Made by a program: the position numbers and the translations under genes. Below are positions 12,577 through 24,808 of a DNA stretch of 64,000 nucleotides, in pieces. The first letter of the stretch is position 1. The number at the start of each line of letters is the position of its first letter. The notes under the pieces are model-generated. The model had not been told where the DNA came from. It ran no database searches and saw nothing but the letters and a program-made list of their open reading frames with translations. This DNA is from Mobula hypostoma (Eukaryota). Location: NCBI RefSeq assembly GCF_963921235.1, contig NC_086097.1, positions 20,772,001 through 20,836,000 on the forward strand, written 5' to 3'.

Positions 12577-13890
12577 CTATACCATGTCTATATCCCTCCG
12601 TCATCCTTACATCCACGTGCTTATCCAAACACCTCTTAAAGGCCTTTAATGTACTTGCCTCTACCAGCTTACCAGGCAGCACATTCCAGGCATCTACAAC
12701 TCTCTGAGTAAAAAACTTATCCCTCACATCACTCTTAAACCTACCCCCTCTCATCTTCAATACATGCTCTCTGGTATTCGACATTTCAATCCTGAAAACA
12801 GATGTTCTCTGTCCACTCTAGCCGTGCCTCTCAAAATCTTGTAAATCTCTATCAGATCTCCCCTCAACTTTTGATGTTCCACAGAAAACAACTCAAGTTT
12901 ATCCAGCCTCTCATGATATCACATGCCCTCTAAACAGGCAGCATCCTGGTGAACAACTTCTGCACCCTCTCAAGCCTCAACATCCATAAGTCTTTTTAAC
13001 CACCTTATCAACCTGTGGAGCCACTTTCAAGGAGCTATGAACTTGGATCCCAAGATCTCTCTGCTCAGCAACTCTGTTAACGATCTTGCCCTTAACGGTG
13101 TACTGTCTCCTTGCATTTGCCCTACTGAGATGCAACACCTCACATTTATCTGGGTTAAACTCCATCTGCCATTTCTCTGCCCATGTCTGCAAATGATCTC
13201 TGTTGTGCTATATTCTTTACCAGTCTTCTACACCATCTACTCCACCAGTCTTCATATCATCTGCTAATTTACTAACTCACCCACCTATATTTTCATCCGG
13301 GTTGTTTATATACATCACAAACACCAGAGGTCCCAGCGCATTGTGGTGTCCCTGCGGAATGCCACTAATTACAGACCTCCAGCTCAGGTAATTCCCTTCA
13401 ACCACTACCTTCTGTCTTCCATAGACAAGCCAGTTCTGAATCCAAAGAGCTAATGTGCCACAGACTCCATGCATCTTCTGGATTCGCCTCCCATGAGGGA
13501 CTTTCTCAAACACCTTACTAAAATCCATGTAGACAACATCCACTGCCCTATCCTCATCAATCTCTTACGTCACCTTGTCAAAAAACTCAAATCAAGTTGC
13601 TAAGGCACAAGTTGCCCTGCACCAAGCCATGCTGGCTTTCCCTAATTAGGCCACAAGATTCCTATCCATAAGAATTTTCTCCAGCAATTTCCCTACAACT
13701 GATGTGCTTCTCACCGGTCTATAGTTCCCAGAATTTCCCCTTATTCCATCTTAAATAGTGGTACAACATTAGCAACTCACTGGTCCTCCAGGACCTCACC
13801 CATGGCCAGAGAGGACACAGAGATTCTGGTCAATGGCCCAGCAATCTCGTCTCTTGCCTCCGTCAATAACCTGGGGTAAATCCCATCTGG
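12577..13890 (-). mobile_element. CR1 LINE fragment; its 3' tip is displaced to ~11190-11300 by nested insertions
   Basis: RT remnants DVVYMDFSKVFEKVPH, WAEKWQMEFNPDKCEVLH and FFTQRVVDAWNVLP. Confidence 0.85.
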
Positions 13891-14629
13891 TCCTTATCAT
13901 CAGTTGCTTCTCATCAGTTGTATTTTATTTCTATATTCCTTTGTAAATGCCTGCAAGAAAATCTCAAGGCTGTATATGATAACATACAGTATACATGCAT
14001 TTGATAATAAATTTGACTTTGACGGGAAGGATGTGTTGGAGCTGGGGAGAGACGGGATGAGATTCCTGGATTGGACGGTCTCAGTTTTGGGGAGATTGGG
14101 TGGGCTGGGCAAAGAAGGTTCAAAAGGTTGTACTGATAGAACTTCATGTGATCATGGGAGGCACAGAGATGATGAAAGTCTTTTTTTTTCCTCAAGGCTT
14201 GGGTATATTTAAAAAACAAGAGGTTCGCGGTGAGAGGAAAGAGGATTTCAGAGCCTGAGGTGGTGAGGCATAGATTAGAAACAGGCCCTTTGGACCACAC
14301 AGGGTGCCTGCTTTCTGATCCCACTTTCCCGCATTAATTCCACATGCCTCAATGCACTACTCTTTCAAGTATCTCTGAAGTGTTGTTACTGTCGTGATGT
14401 CACTACCTCATCTGGCAACTCATTCCAAATGCTATCTACTCTCTGTGTGAAAGGAGTATCCCTCAGATTCCCTTTAAACCTCTGCCCCCTTATCTTAAAC
14501 CCACATCATTACTATGGCAACCGGTCTCTGTCCACCCTCCTCTCTAAGCCTCCCCTAATTTTGTGTGGTTCTATCAGGCCACACCTCAGACTCCTTCAGT
14601 CCAGGAAAAAAAAAGACTCCTTCTGTGAG

Positions 14630-15205
14630 ACGTAGAAGCAGAATTAGGTGATTTGGCACACTGAGTCCACCATTCCATCGTGGCTGATTTATTATCCCTC
14701 TCAACCCCATTCTCCTGCCTTCTCTCCATAACCTTTCACACCCTTACAAATCAAGAACCTATCAATCACCACTTTAAATATGCCCAATGACTTGGCGTTC
14801 ACAGCCCTCTATGGCGATAAATTCCACAGATTCATCTCCCTCTGGCTAGAGAAATTTCTCCTCATCTTCGTTCGAAATGGATGTCCCTCTATTCTGAGGC
14901 TGTGCTCTCTGGTCCTAGACTCCCCCTCTCCACGTCCACTCTGTCTAGGTCTTTCAATAAGATGCCCCCTCATTCTTTGATTCTCCAGTGAGTACAGGCC
15001 CAGAGACATCAAGCAGTGCTCAAACATTAACCTTCTCATTCCCAAGATCATTCTTGTGAACCTCCTTTAGACCCTTTTCAATGCCAGTACATCCTTTCTC
15101 AAATAAGGTCCCCTACACTGTTTACAATACTCCATGTGTGGTCTGACCAAGCGTGACATCCTTCATTTTATATTCTAGGCCTTTCAAAATGAATGCTAGC
15201 ATTGG
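14630..15205 (-). mobile_element. CR1 LINE 3' fragment
   Basis: LGLYSLE..RMRG.LIE and MRRNFSSQREMNLWN motifs. Confidence 0.8.
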
Positions 15206-15233
15206 GCGTTCTTGGGCAGGATCTGGTCCAGGT

Positions 15234-15531
15234 TGACGCGTGGCCAAGTGGTTAAGGCATCGGTCTAGTGATCTGAAGGTCACTATTTCGAACCTCAGCT
15301 GAGGCAGCGTGTTGTGTCCTTGAGCACTTAACCACACATTGCTCTGTGGTGCCGGTGCCAAGCTGTATTGGCCCTAGTGTCCTTCCCTTGGACAACATGG
15401 GTGGTGTGGAGAGGGGAGACTTGCAGCATGGGCAACTGCCGGTCTTCCATACAACCTTGCCCAGGCCTGCGCCCTGGAAACCTTCCAAGGCACAAATCCA
15501 TGGTCTCACGAGACTAACAGATGCCTATTAT
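15234..15531 (+). mobile_element. tRNA-head SINE with an RTE-type 3' tail
   Basis: Head and core closely similar to the SINE at 593; tail ccatggtctcacgagactaacagatgcctatta. Exact 12-bp TSD tctggtccaggt (15222-15233 / 15532-15543). Confidence 0.85.
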
Positions 15532-17069
15532 TCTGGTCCAGGTGATTTATCTACCTTCAGACATTTCAGCTTCCCAAGCACCTTCTCCTTCGTAATAGTG
15601 ACTGCACTCACTTCTTGTCCCAACACTCCAAAATTTCTGGCATGCATTTAATGATGCAAAATACTTATTAAGGTTGTCTGTCATCTCCTTGTCCCACATA
15701 ACGACCTCTCCAGCAGTCTAATATCTACTCTTACCTCTCTTTATATCTGAAAAGCTTTTGGTATTGAACTATGGCATAGGTGTCCATACTATTCTGTGTT
15801 CTGATATGGTCTTACTGCGCGTAAATAGGATTGGTGCGGGCAAAGGGTCAGTATGGACATGGTGGGCTGAAGGGCCTGTTAAAGAAGCTGAATTCTTGAA
15901 AGATGAATTTCCCGGTGAGGAGATTGGGACTGCAGTAGGTCATTCAGCAGGGGGCCGAGGGGTGCCAGAGGAACAGGCTGACTGCATTGCCCTTTGCTTG
16001 TACTTGACAACAATAAGCTTTCTTCAGTAATATCTCTGTGGGAGGATAAGTGTTCCCAGCCCAGGTCTGCGGGTAAAGCGTTGGTCATCGTGTGCTGTTT
16101 GCGTAACTGCATTCATGTGAAGGCAGCACTGTGCTACAAAGCCTTCAAAGGGATTTCAGGATCTTGACATGTGCCAGCAATCTTGCTCACTGTGATGGTC
16201 AAATTAATTTACTGCGGCCTTCTTTGTTCCCTCACAAGTCTTTAGTGGAACCAGATGTTTTAGCATCAGTGGAGCCATTAGACTAAATTAACCTGTTTCA
16301 TGTACTCAACAAAACGCAGAGCAAATGGCAGCTCAGATGTTTGGGGATCACTCGGTCCTTTTACTCACTCTTTGCTCTGCCTGGTGTTTGGCAGCAGGGG
16401 GGAAGGATTAGCTGAATGACATTGCCTGGGTTCTAACAGCCTGTATATGGCAGTGGTGATTTGAAAGGACCAGTTTATTATGATAACTGATCAGATCCCT
16501 CTGCTCCTCTGACTGAAAGGAAGGTCAGAACAGGGCTTAGCCACAGAAGAGCTGACTGTGGAATAATATAGCATGGAATCAGGCCATTTGGCCCAACACA
16601 TCCATGCTGACCAAAAGGGCATCAGCTTGCATTTGGCCCACATCCCATTAAATCTCTCCTATCCATGTACCTGTCCAAGTAGCTTTCAAATATTGCTATT
16701 AAATGTAATTATCTCCTCCAAGAAGTTTCAAACATGAACAGTCTGTTGAAAACACACAATTTAGGGTACCCGGCTTTCATCGCAGGTGTCCTTACAGACC
16801 AGCAGTTAGTAGAGCTGCTGCCTCTCGGTTCTTGCTACTTGGGTTCAGTCCCAATCTCCGTTGCTGTCCGTGTGGAGTTTGCAGGTTCTCCCCGTGACCA
16901 TGTGGGCTTTTCTCTGTGTCTTCCAGTTTACCCCACATCTCAAAATTTTAAAAATATATATATTCTTAAAATACAGCTTGATAGGCTAATTCGCTGCTGT
17001 AAATTTCACCTAATATAGGTGGGTGGTGGAATCTGAAGGTGGGGTGTGTGTGGAAATTGATGGTTTTGT

Positions 17070-17830
17070 ATGGAGGATGTGGAAGCTTTAGAAAGGATGC
17101 AGAGGAGATTTACCAAGATGCTGCCTGAATTAGAGAGCATGTCTTATGAGGAAAGTTTGACCAAGCTCTTTGGAGGGAAGGGGGATAAGAGCTAACTCAA
17201 TAGAGGTGTACAAGATAAGAGGCATAGATAGAGTGGACAAACAGAGACTTTCCCAGGGCAGAACTGGCTAATACAAGAGGGCATAATTTTAAGTTGATTG
17301 GAGGAAGGTATGAGGAGGTTGTCAGAGGTAGGGTTTTTTACACAGAGAGTGGTGGATGCTTGGAATGCACTGATGGGCGTGGTGGTAGAGTTAAGTTCAA
17401 GGTAAATTTTATTATCAAAGCACATATATGTCACCATATTCAGCCTTGAGATTCATTTTTCTGCAGGCATATTCAGCAACTCTTTAGAATACCAACTATA
17501 ACAGGATCGATGAAAGATTGACCAGAATGCAGAAGACATCACACTGTGCAAATATAAATAAATTGCAATAAAAAACGAGAACAAGAGATAAGGAGATAAA
17601 GAGTCCTTAAAGTGAGATAATTGGTTGTAGGAACATTTCAGAAATGGGGCAAATGACAAGCGACAGGGTAGACGCAGATACATCAGGGACATTTAAGAGA
17701 TGTTTAGATGGATGAAAGAAAAATGGAGAGCTATGTGGGAGGAAGGGTTAGATTGATCTTGGAACAGGTTAAGGAGTTGTCACAACATCATGGGCCGAAG
17801 GGCATAAACGGTGCTGTAATGTTCAATGTA
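17070..17830 (+). mobile_element. CR1 LINE 3' fragment with an internal insertion (~17390-17660)
   Basis: gaggagatttaccaagatgctgcctgaattagagagc and ttttacacagagagtggtggatgcttggaatgcactg, typical of the CR1 RT end. Confidence 0.75.
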
Positions 17831-18234
17831 CAGGGGAATACATTGTAAGCCTGCATGGAACGGCCTCCACTGTCATGAGAAAATACGTAGAAAATGCAAT
17901 GAGTTACTCTAAAGAAAATCTCAGCCACAGATATCTTGCTCTGACTGTTCAATCCAGGTCTGTTCTCTGTTCTCTCCCAATTTTCTTTCTGACCATTTAT
18001 CTGCTTTGTCTATTCCTATGGTTCAGCCTTTTGTCCTCTCACACACAGGAGGCAGGTGTCAACCAGCAGGCCCAATATTGATTGGCCAACCCTAATTGTC
18101 TTTGAGAAGGTAACTGTAAACTGCCTCTTAAGCATCATCTGGTAAAGGTGTTTGAACCATGCAGTAATATATGAATGAGTTTTAAAATTTGATTTTCAAA
18201 ATTTAAGTTTATTTATCACATCTATACCAAAACG

Positions 18235-19008
18235 TATATTCAGTGGCCACTTTATTAGGTACACCTGTACACCTGCTCGTTAATGCAAATATCTAATCAG
18301 CCAGTTGTGCGGCAACAACTCAATGCATAAAGCATGCAGACAAGATCATGAGGTTCAGTTCAAACCAAATATCAGAATGAGGAAGAAATGTGAACTGTGA
18401 ATTTGACCATCGAATGATCGTTGGTGCCTGATGGAGTGGTTTGAGTATCTTACACGTGCCCATCAGTCTCTAGAGTTTACCGAGAATGGTCCAAAAAACA
18501 AAAAAATAATCCAGTGAGCAATGGTCCTTTGGGTGAAAATGCCTTGTTAAGGAGAGAAGTCAGAGGAGAATGGTTAGACTTGTTCAAACTGAAGGGAAGG
18601 CTATAGCCCTTCATCCTTCACTTTCTCCCATGATCCCATCTCCCCTCCTATTAAGTTTCTTCTTCTCCAGCCCTTTGCCTTTTCCACCTACCACCTCCCA
18701 GCTTCTTACTTCATCCCCACTCCCCCACCCACCTGGCTTCACCTATCGCCTTCGAGCTTGTCGTCCTTCCCCTCTCCCCTCATTTTCACTCTGGTATCAT
18801 CCCCCTTCCTTTCCAGGTCTGATAAAGAGTCCTGGCCCAAAACATCGACAGTTTATTCTTTGCCACTGAGTTCCTCTAGCATTTTGTGTGAATAACTCAA
18901 ATAGCCGTGTGATACAGCAGTGTTGTGCAGAAGAGCATCTCTAAATGAAATGGATGGGCTACAGCAGCAGAAAACCACACTGGGTTCCACTCCTGTACCT
19001 AGAGTGTA
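18235..19008 (+). mobile_element. Tc1-like non-autonomous DNA transposon interrupted by a Penelope fragment (~18600-18890)
   Basis: Left end cagtggccactttattaggtacacc; partly deleted right end cctgtaccta..gagtgta. Confidence 0.65.
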
Positions 19009-19739
19009 CAATGAAATGTGTCATCTGCACTAAACTTGAAACTGTTTGAACAATGCTGTAAGGTGGAGCTGAATTTCTCTTGTGGAGAAGTTTTGAGCAG
19101 GAACTCCTCTGAGGAATTAGGTGGCTGACTGAGTAAGTTACAGCCAGAGTGTGGAAGGGCTAAAGAGAAGATCTTTCCCTTTATGGCCTCATTTTGTCCA
19201 ATACTTGCTGAAAAACTGGCAATTCTGGATTTACAATTCCCGCAATACTGATTGGAGGAAATATCACTTGCTCCGTTCCCCCCCCCCAACACTATTAATG
19301 GGAGTGTCATGCCGAAGGGCAAGGCTGGAGCAGATTGTTGGAATTAGCTTGGCTTTCCTTTCTCCAGCTGGCGAATGACCCCAGCGGCAGGAAAGGGCAG
19401 GGGGCTGGAATGCCATCCCACATCCAGCCCTCCTTTGCATACACACAGCCCACCATAGTGTAGCTCCATTCCTGCTCAAAGTGTTTAAAACAATGCGTGA
19501 TCTGATACCTGCTGCGTTATTTGCTCTTTGCCAAAATAAAGAGGGGCCCTCTGTTACATCCAGTGAGTACAATATGTGGCTGACTCGATCAGGTCCTCCC
19601 CAAATGAACACTCGACTTATACAGCCAAAAGTCTATATTCTCTCCTCTTCCCCTTTCCAGCATGTAGATGAGCACTTGGGAGACCAGTAGGGGGAATTTG
19701 CTGGCTGCTGTGTGGGTGCAGGCATCTTCTGACTTGTGG

Positions 19740-20150
19740 AAACACACACAAAATGCTGGAGGAATTCAGCAGTTCAGGCAGAATCTGTGGTGAGGAATAA
19801 ACAGCAGCATCATACAGCCCAGGTGAAGGGTCTGGGCCTGAAACGTCAACTGTTTATTCCCCTCCATAGATGCTACCTGACCTGCTGAGTTCCTCCAGCA
19901 TTTTGTGTGTGTTGCACTGGATGTTCAGTGTCTGCAGAATCTCTTGTATTTATGATTTTCTGCCCTGTGGGCACTTGATTTGCTCCAACCATATCAGTGC
20001 AATGGCTAAGAAAACATATCAACACCTCTCTTAGCCCCCTTCCTTTCCAGTCCTGATAAGGGTCTTGGCCCGAAACTTTGAGTGTTAACTCCCCTCCGTA
20101 GATGCTTCTTGGCTTGCTGAGTTTCATCCAACATTTTGTATGTGTTGCTA
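19740..20150. mobile_element. Two Penelope-derived terminal fragments, the first a fold-back
   Basis: aaatgctggaggaattcagcag ... ctgctgagttcctccagcatttt; degenerate hammerhead-like cores at ~19820-19850 and ~20048-20078. Confidence 0.65.
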
Positions 20151-20699
20151 AGGAAATTTGTCATGTCCCTTTGACCCTCACCGGTTCTGATAGATGCACC
20201 ACAGAAAGGATTCAATCTGGATGCATATCGTTTTGGTGTGGCAACTGTTCTGCCCGAGGCTGAAAGAAAGTGCAGAGAGTTGTGAACGCACTCAGTACAT
20301 CACAGGAACCAGCCTCCCCTCTCTGGACTCTGTCCACACTTTCAGCTCAGTAAAGCAGCCAGCATAATCAAAGACCCCACCCACCCCAGATATTCTCTCT
20401 CCTTCCCCTTTCCAACGGGCAGAAGCTACAAAAGCCTGAAAGCACATACACCACAAGGCTCACGAACATTTTATGTTCCACTTTGCACTAAAATAGAATT
20501 TGTTTTTATTTGTTCCAATTGTGTCCTTTCTTGGAAAATTGTTTAATTTTTTTTTGTCAGCAGTCCTGCTTATTTGATGCTATGTGCCTGTGATGCTAGT
20601 GCAAATGTTTTTCATTACACTTGCACAAACTTGTGCTTAAGAAAATAAACTTGATTTTGGATAGAGAAGGTATGGACACATGTGGAGCAAAATGAGACA

Positions 20700-21360
20700 A
20701 ATGAGGCAAAACTTTGCCTGCGAACCTGCTGGGGTCGTCCGTTGTATCCGGTGCTCCTGATGCAGCCTCCTCTATATTGGTAAGAGCCATCGTAATTTGG
20801 GGGACTGCTTCGTCGAGCACCTCCGCTCCATGCGCCAAAAACAGAACTTCCTGGTGGCCAAACATTTCTGTTCTGATTCTCATTCCCGTTCCAACTTGTG
20901 CCACGAAGGGGCCACCCTCAGGGTGGAGAAGCAACACCTTATGTTCTGTCAGAGTAGCCTTCAACCTGATGGCATGAATAACGACTTCTCCTGGTAAAAA
21001 AACATTTCCTCCCCCTCTCCTCTTCTATTCCCTACTCTGGCCTCTTACATCTGCTCACCTGCCTCTCACTTCCCCCGGGTTCCCTCCTCTTTCCCTTTCT
21101 CCTATGGTTCACTCCTCTCGCCTATCAGATTCTTTCCTCTCTGCCCTTTTATTTTTCCCACCTACCTGGCTCTATCCTCCTCCCCCTCCCCCAACCTTCT
21201 TATTCTGGCGACTTCCCCCTTCCTTTCCGGTCATGGTGAATGGTTTCATCCTGAAACGCCAACTATCTATTCCATACATGCTGCCTGACCTGCAGAGTTT
21301 CTCCAGCATTTGTGTTTGCTGCTTTGGATTTCCAGCATCTGCTGACTCTCTCATGTTTAT
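20700..21360 (+). mobile_element. Penelope-like element 3' fragment with degenerate GIY-YIG endonuclease
   Basis: Reads GVVRCIRCS*CSLLYIGKSHRNLGDCFVEHLRSMRQK...QPDGMN, followed by the pyrimidine-rich terminal region. Confidence 0.8.
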
Positions 21361-21934
21361 GAGACTAGTTTAGATGGTATCTGGGTTAGAATGGGCCAAA
21401 GGGCCTGTATCCATTCTGTATGACTGTACAGTCCTGCTGAGTCACATCCTACAGCACTCAGCACTCAGGAATGCAGGTTTGTCTCTCCGTGTGCCTTTCC
21501 TTCAGTTTGGCTAATGTGTCTGTGAATAATGACCGGCCCAGTGGCTGAGGGGTAGAAGCCTGGAGTCCTGTCTAGGAGTAGGAGGACTGTGTGTGTGTGT
21601 GTGTGTGGAATAGAGGAAGGGGGCGTGTTTAGTTGTTGTTGCGTTGTTTCTTGTGATCTGCTTCGTTGTGTTCTGTGTTGGTCTGTCAAGCAGTATGGGC
21701 CTACTCTGTTGGTGCTGGAACGTGGGTGCTTGGGTGTGTTGGGTGTTAATGCAAGCAGCGCTTTTCACTTTGATGCACATGTGGTAAATACGTCTGTCTC
21801 TGAGAGGATACACTCCAGGCTGAGCAATCGGCAGGTCAGGGATACAGCCATGGAAGACCAGCTGAAGTTGGGAAAGGAAGTCCAGAGGGTCAGCAGGGGT
21901 AGGGACCTGAGGAAGGGCTGTGGTCACCCATTCC

Positions 21935-22645
21935 AATTCGACTTCCCATTCCCATTCCCATTCTGATATGTCTGTCCATGGCCTCCTCTATTGACACTGT
22001 GAGGCCAGACTCAGGTTGGAGGAGCAACACCTTATATTCCGTCTAGGTAGCCTCCAGCCTGATGGCATGAACATTGACTTCTCCAGCTTCTGGTAATTTC
22101 TCCTCCGTCACCCTTCCTTTTTTTCCATTCCCATTCTGGTTCCCCTTTCATCCCTTCTCATCTCCTCTTTCCCCCTGTTGGGTAGAAGATGCAAACTTAA
22201 AGGAATTCTCTAACCTGACATTGATTTCTCTAACTTCTGGTAATTTCTTTCCCCTCTCCTTTCTCTCTTTTTTCATTCCCAATTCTGGTTCCTCTTTCAC
22301 TCCTTCTCTTCACTTGCCCATCACTTCCCAGTCGTTCCCCTCTTACTTCCCAAACTTCCATAGTCCTCTCCTATCAGATTCCTTCTTCTTCAGCCCTTTA
22401 CCTCTTCCACCTATCATCAGCCAGCTTCTTACTTCATCTCTCCCTCTCCCACCTTTCCCCTCACCTGGTCTCACCTATCACCTGTCAGCTTGAACTCCAT
22501 CCCCTCCATCCCCACCTTCTTATTCTGCCTTCTGCCTCTTCCATTCCAGTCCTGAAGAAGGGTCTTGGCTGGACATTTTGACTATTTATTCCCCTCCGTG
22601 GATGCTGTCTGATTTGTTGAGTCCATCTACCATTTTATGAGTTGT
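21935..22645 (+). mobile_element. Penelope-like element 3' fragment(s)
   Basis: Reads SHSDMSVHGLLY...RLEEQHLIFRLGSLQPDGMNIDFS, followed by the terminal region with a degenerate hammerhead core at ~22546-22585. Confidence 0.8.
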
Positions 22646-23349
22646 GTGCTGAGGGATTCCTGGATCAGGTACTGAGAGGCATTAACGGGGATTAGCAAGA
22701 GCATGCACCTTCCTCCAACCAGTCATCATTAGTGATCCCTGCACCGAGGCACTTAAACTGCCCCTATTTTCCACTGCCTTGGTAGAGCAGCCAACATAAT
22801 CAATGTCCCCTCCCACCCTGCTCAATCTATGTTTCAATGACGCAAAATGCTTGTGAACTCTCACCGATAGGCTGAAGGACATTTTCTATCCCATTGTTCT
22901 AAGACCTTGAATGGACCTCTTCATTTCTCAATCTACCTCATCGTGGCCCTTGCATTTTCATTGTTGGCCATCAATGCACTTTATAACTGTAACAGCAGAA
23001 CCTGCCTTCTGATTTGTTACCCTTTGGACCACCTCAATGTATTAACACATGGAATGATTTGATTGGAAGGATCACGAACAAAACAAGCTTACTGTTGTAT
23101 CTTGGTACATGTGACCAAAATAAGCCAGCTACCAAATTGCCAAAAGCAGTCATTAAAAACAAATTAAATTACTAAGAAAATCTCTGCTGAATGAATATTG
23201 GGGATCGGGACCATCATAGGAAGGAAGTGGAAGGTTTAGAGAGGGTGCAGACATGATTTACCTGGATTACAGAGATCATGTCTTATGAGAAAGGTTGAGT
23301 GAACTAGGGCTTTTTTCTTTGGAGCAAAGTGGGATGAGAGACCTTCTAT

Positions 23350-23860
23350 TGGTTGGGGTTGACCAGGGATGTTACATCCCAGCTGTCTGTGTGATATGAA
23401 ATCCAGTACGCAAGCCAGGGCAGTGCGATATGGAGAGCGAATTGTTGCCCGTGCCACAGGCCCTCTCCACGCAGCAGAGACTAATACAGTTTAGCACTAG
23501 CGGCACTGCAGGAATTGTCAGTCAGTGCTGAACTCAACATAGGACTACCTTAAGGACTGCAGCTCCGAATTTTTCCTCAGGGTTTACTCCCAAAGCCTTC
23601 CCCATGAGTGGGTATAGTGGCAAAGCAGCAGAGGTTTTCCCTCCTCTAGATGAACTGCCAACCGTGGCTGACATGCCTATCAGCCTGAGGTGACTGTTTT
23701 TAAGGCACCAGTAACCTGCTTTTGCCACTTCTGTCAGTAGAAATGGTTCCGCTAGGCTTGGTAATTAAACCACATGTGAAGGCCAGGAGCTAGACTTGCT
23801 TTTCAGAGGCTATTTGAGATGTACACCATTGGGAGCATTTAATAGGTAGTGGGAGATGAC
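23350..23860 (-). mobile_element. RTE/BovB-type non-autonomous element inserted in a CR1 fragment
   Basis: Shares the gtggagaggg...gggcaac...ctccata...gccctggcttgcg block with the SINE at 15234. CR1 sequence resumes on both sides. Confidence 0.6.
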
Positions 23861-24134
23861 TTGACAAAGGTGTATAAGATGAACGGAAGCAGTGATAGAG
23901 ATTCATATTGTACAGACAGCACTTTTTTCCCAGGACGGCAATTACTGGAACAAGAGGGCATAATTTTAAAGAGATTTGGGGGAATGTCATGGGTAGTTTT
24001 TTTTTTACACAGGGAATACTAAGTGTGTGGAACAGACTACCAGGGGTCATGGTAGAGGCAGGTGCATTAGGGAGATTTAAGAGACTGCTACGTAGGCACA
24101 TGAATGAAGAAAAAAATGGAGAGCTATGTGGGAG

Positions 24135-24808
24135 TAAACAACAGGAATTCTGCAGATGCTGGAAATTCAAGCAACACACATAAAAGTTGCTGGTGAACAC
24201 AGCAGGCCAGGCAGCATCTCTAGGAAGAGGTACAATCGACGTTTCAGGCCGAGACCCTTCGTCAGGACTAACTGAAGGAAGAGCTAGTAAGAGATTTGAA
24301 AGTTGGAGGGGGAGGGTGAGATCCAAAATGATAGGAGAAGACAGGAGAGGGAGGGATGGAGCCAAGAGCTGGACAGGTGATTGGCAAAAGGGATATGAGA
24401 GGATCATGGGACAGGAGGCCCAGGGAGAAGGAAAAGGGGGAGGGGGGGAAAAACCCAGAGGATGGGCAAGGGGTATAGTCAGAGGGACAGAGGGAGAAAA
24501 AGGAGAGAGAGAGAAAGAATGTGTGTATATAAATAAATAACGGATGGGGTACAAGGCGGAGGTGGGGCATTAGCGGAAGTTAGAGAAGTCAATGTTCATG
24601 CCATCAGGTTGGAAGCTACCCAGACAGAATATAAGGTGTTGTTCCTCCAACCTGAGTGTGGCTTCATCTTGACAGTAGAGGAGGCCATGGATAGACATGT
24701 CAGAATGGGAATGGGATGTGGAATTAAAATGTGTGGCCACTGGGAGATTCTGCTTTCTCTGGCGGACAGAGCGTAGGTGTTCAGCAAAACGATCTCCCAG
24801 TCTGTATC
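24135..24808 (-). mobile_element. Young 5'-truncated Penelope-like element (GIY-YIG C-terminus, 3' region, hammerhead)
   Basis: Open frame 24809-24570 reads RYRLGDRFAEHLRSVRQRKQNLPVATHFNSTSHSHSDMSIHGLLYCQDEATLRLEEQHLIFCLGSFQPDGMNIDFSNFR*. Exact 14-bp TSD gagctatgtgggag (24121-24134 / 24809-24822). Confidence 0.9.
24233..24270 (-). ncRNA. Minimal type I hammerhead ribozyme motif
   Basis: Minus strand reads TAGTC-CTGACGA-AGG(GTCTCGG)CCT-GAAAC-GTC|GATTG: intact CUGANGA and GAAA boxes, stem II, GUC cleavage triplet and a 5-bp stem I including 2 G-U pairs. Confidence 0.75.

Noticed and set aside
23790..24554. 254-aa minus-strand ORF
   Set aside because: It runs through the Penelope non-coding end and adjacent CR1 sequence and is low complexity.
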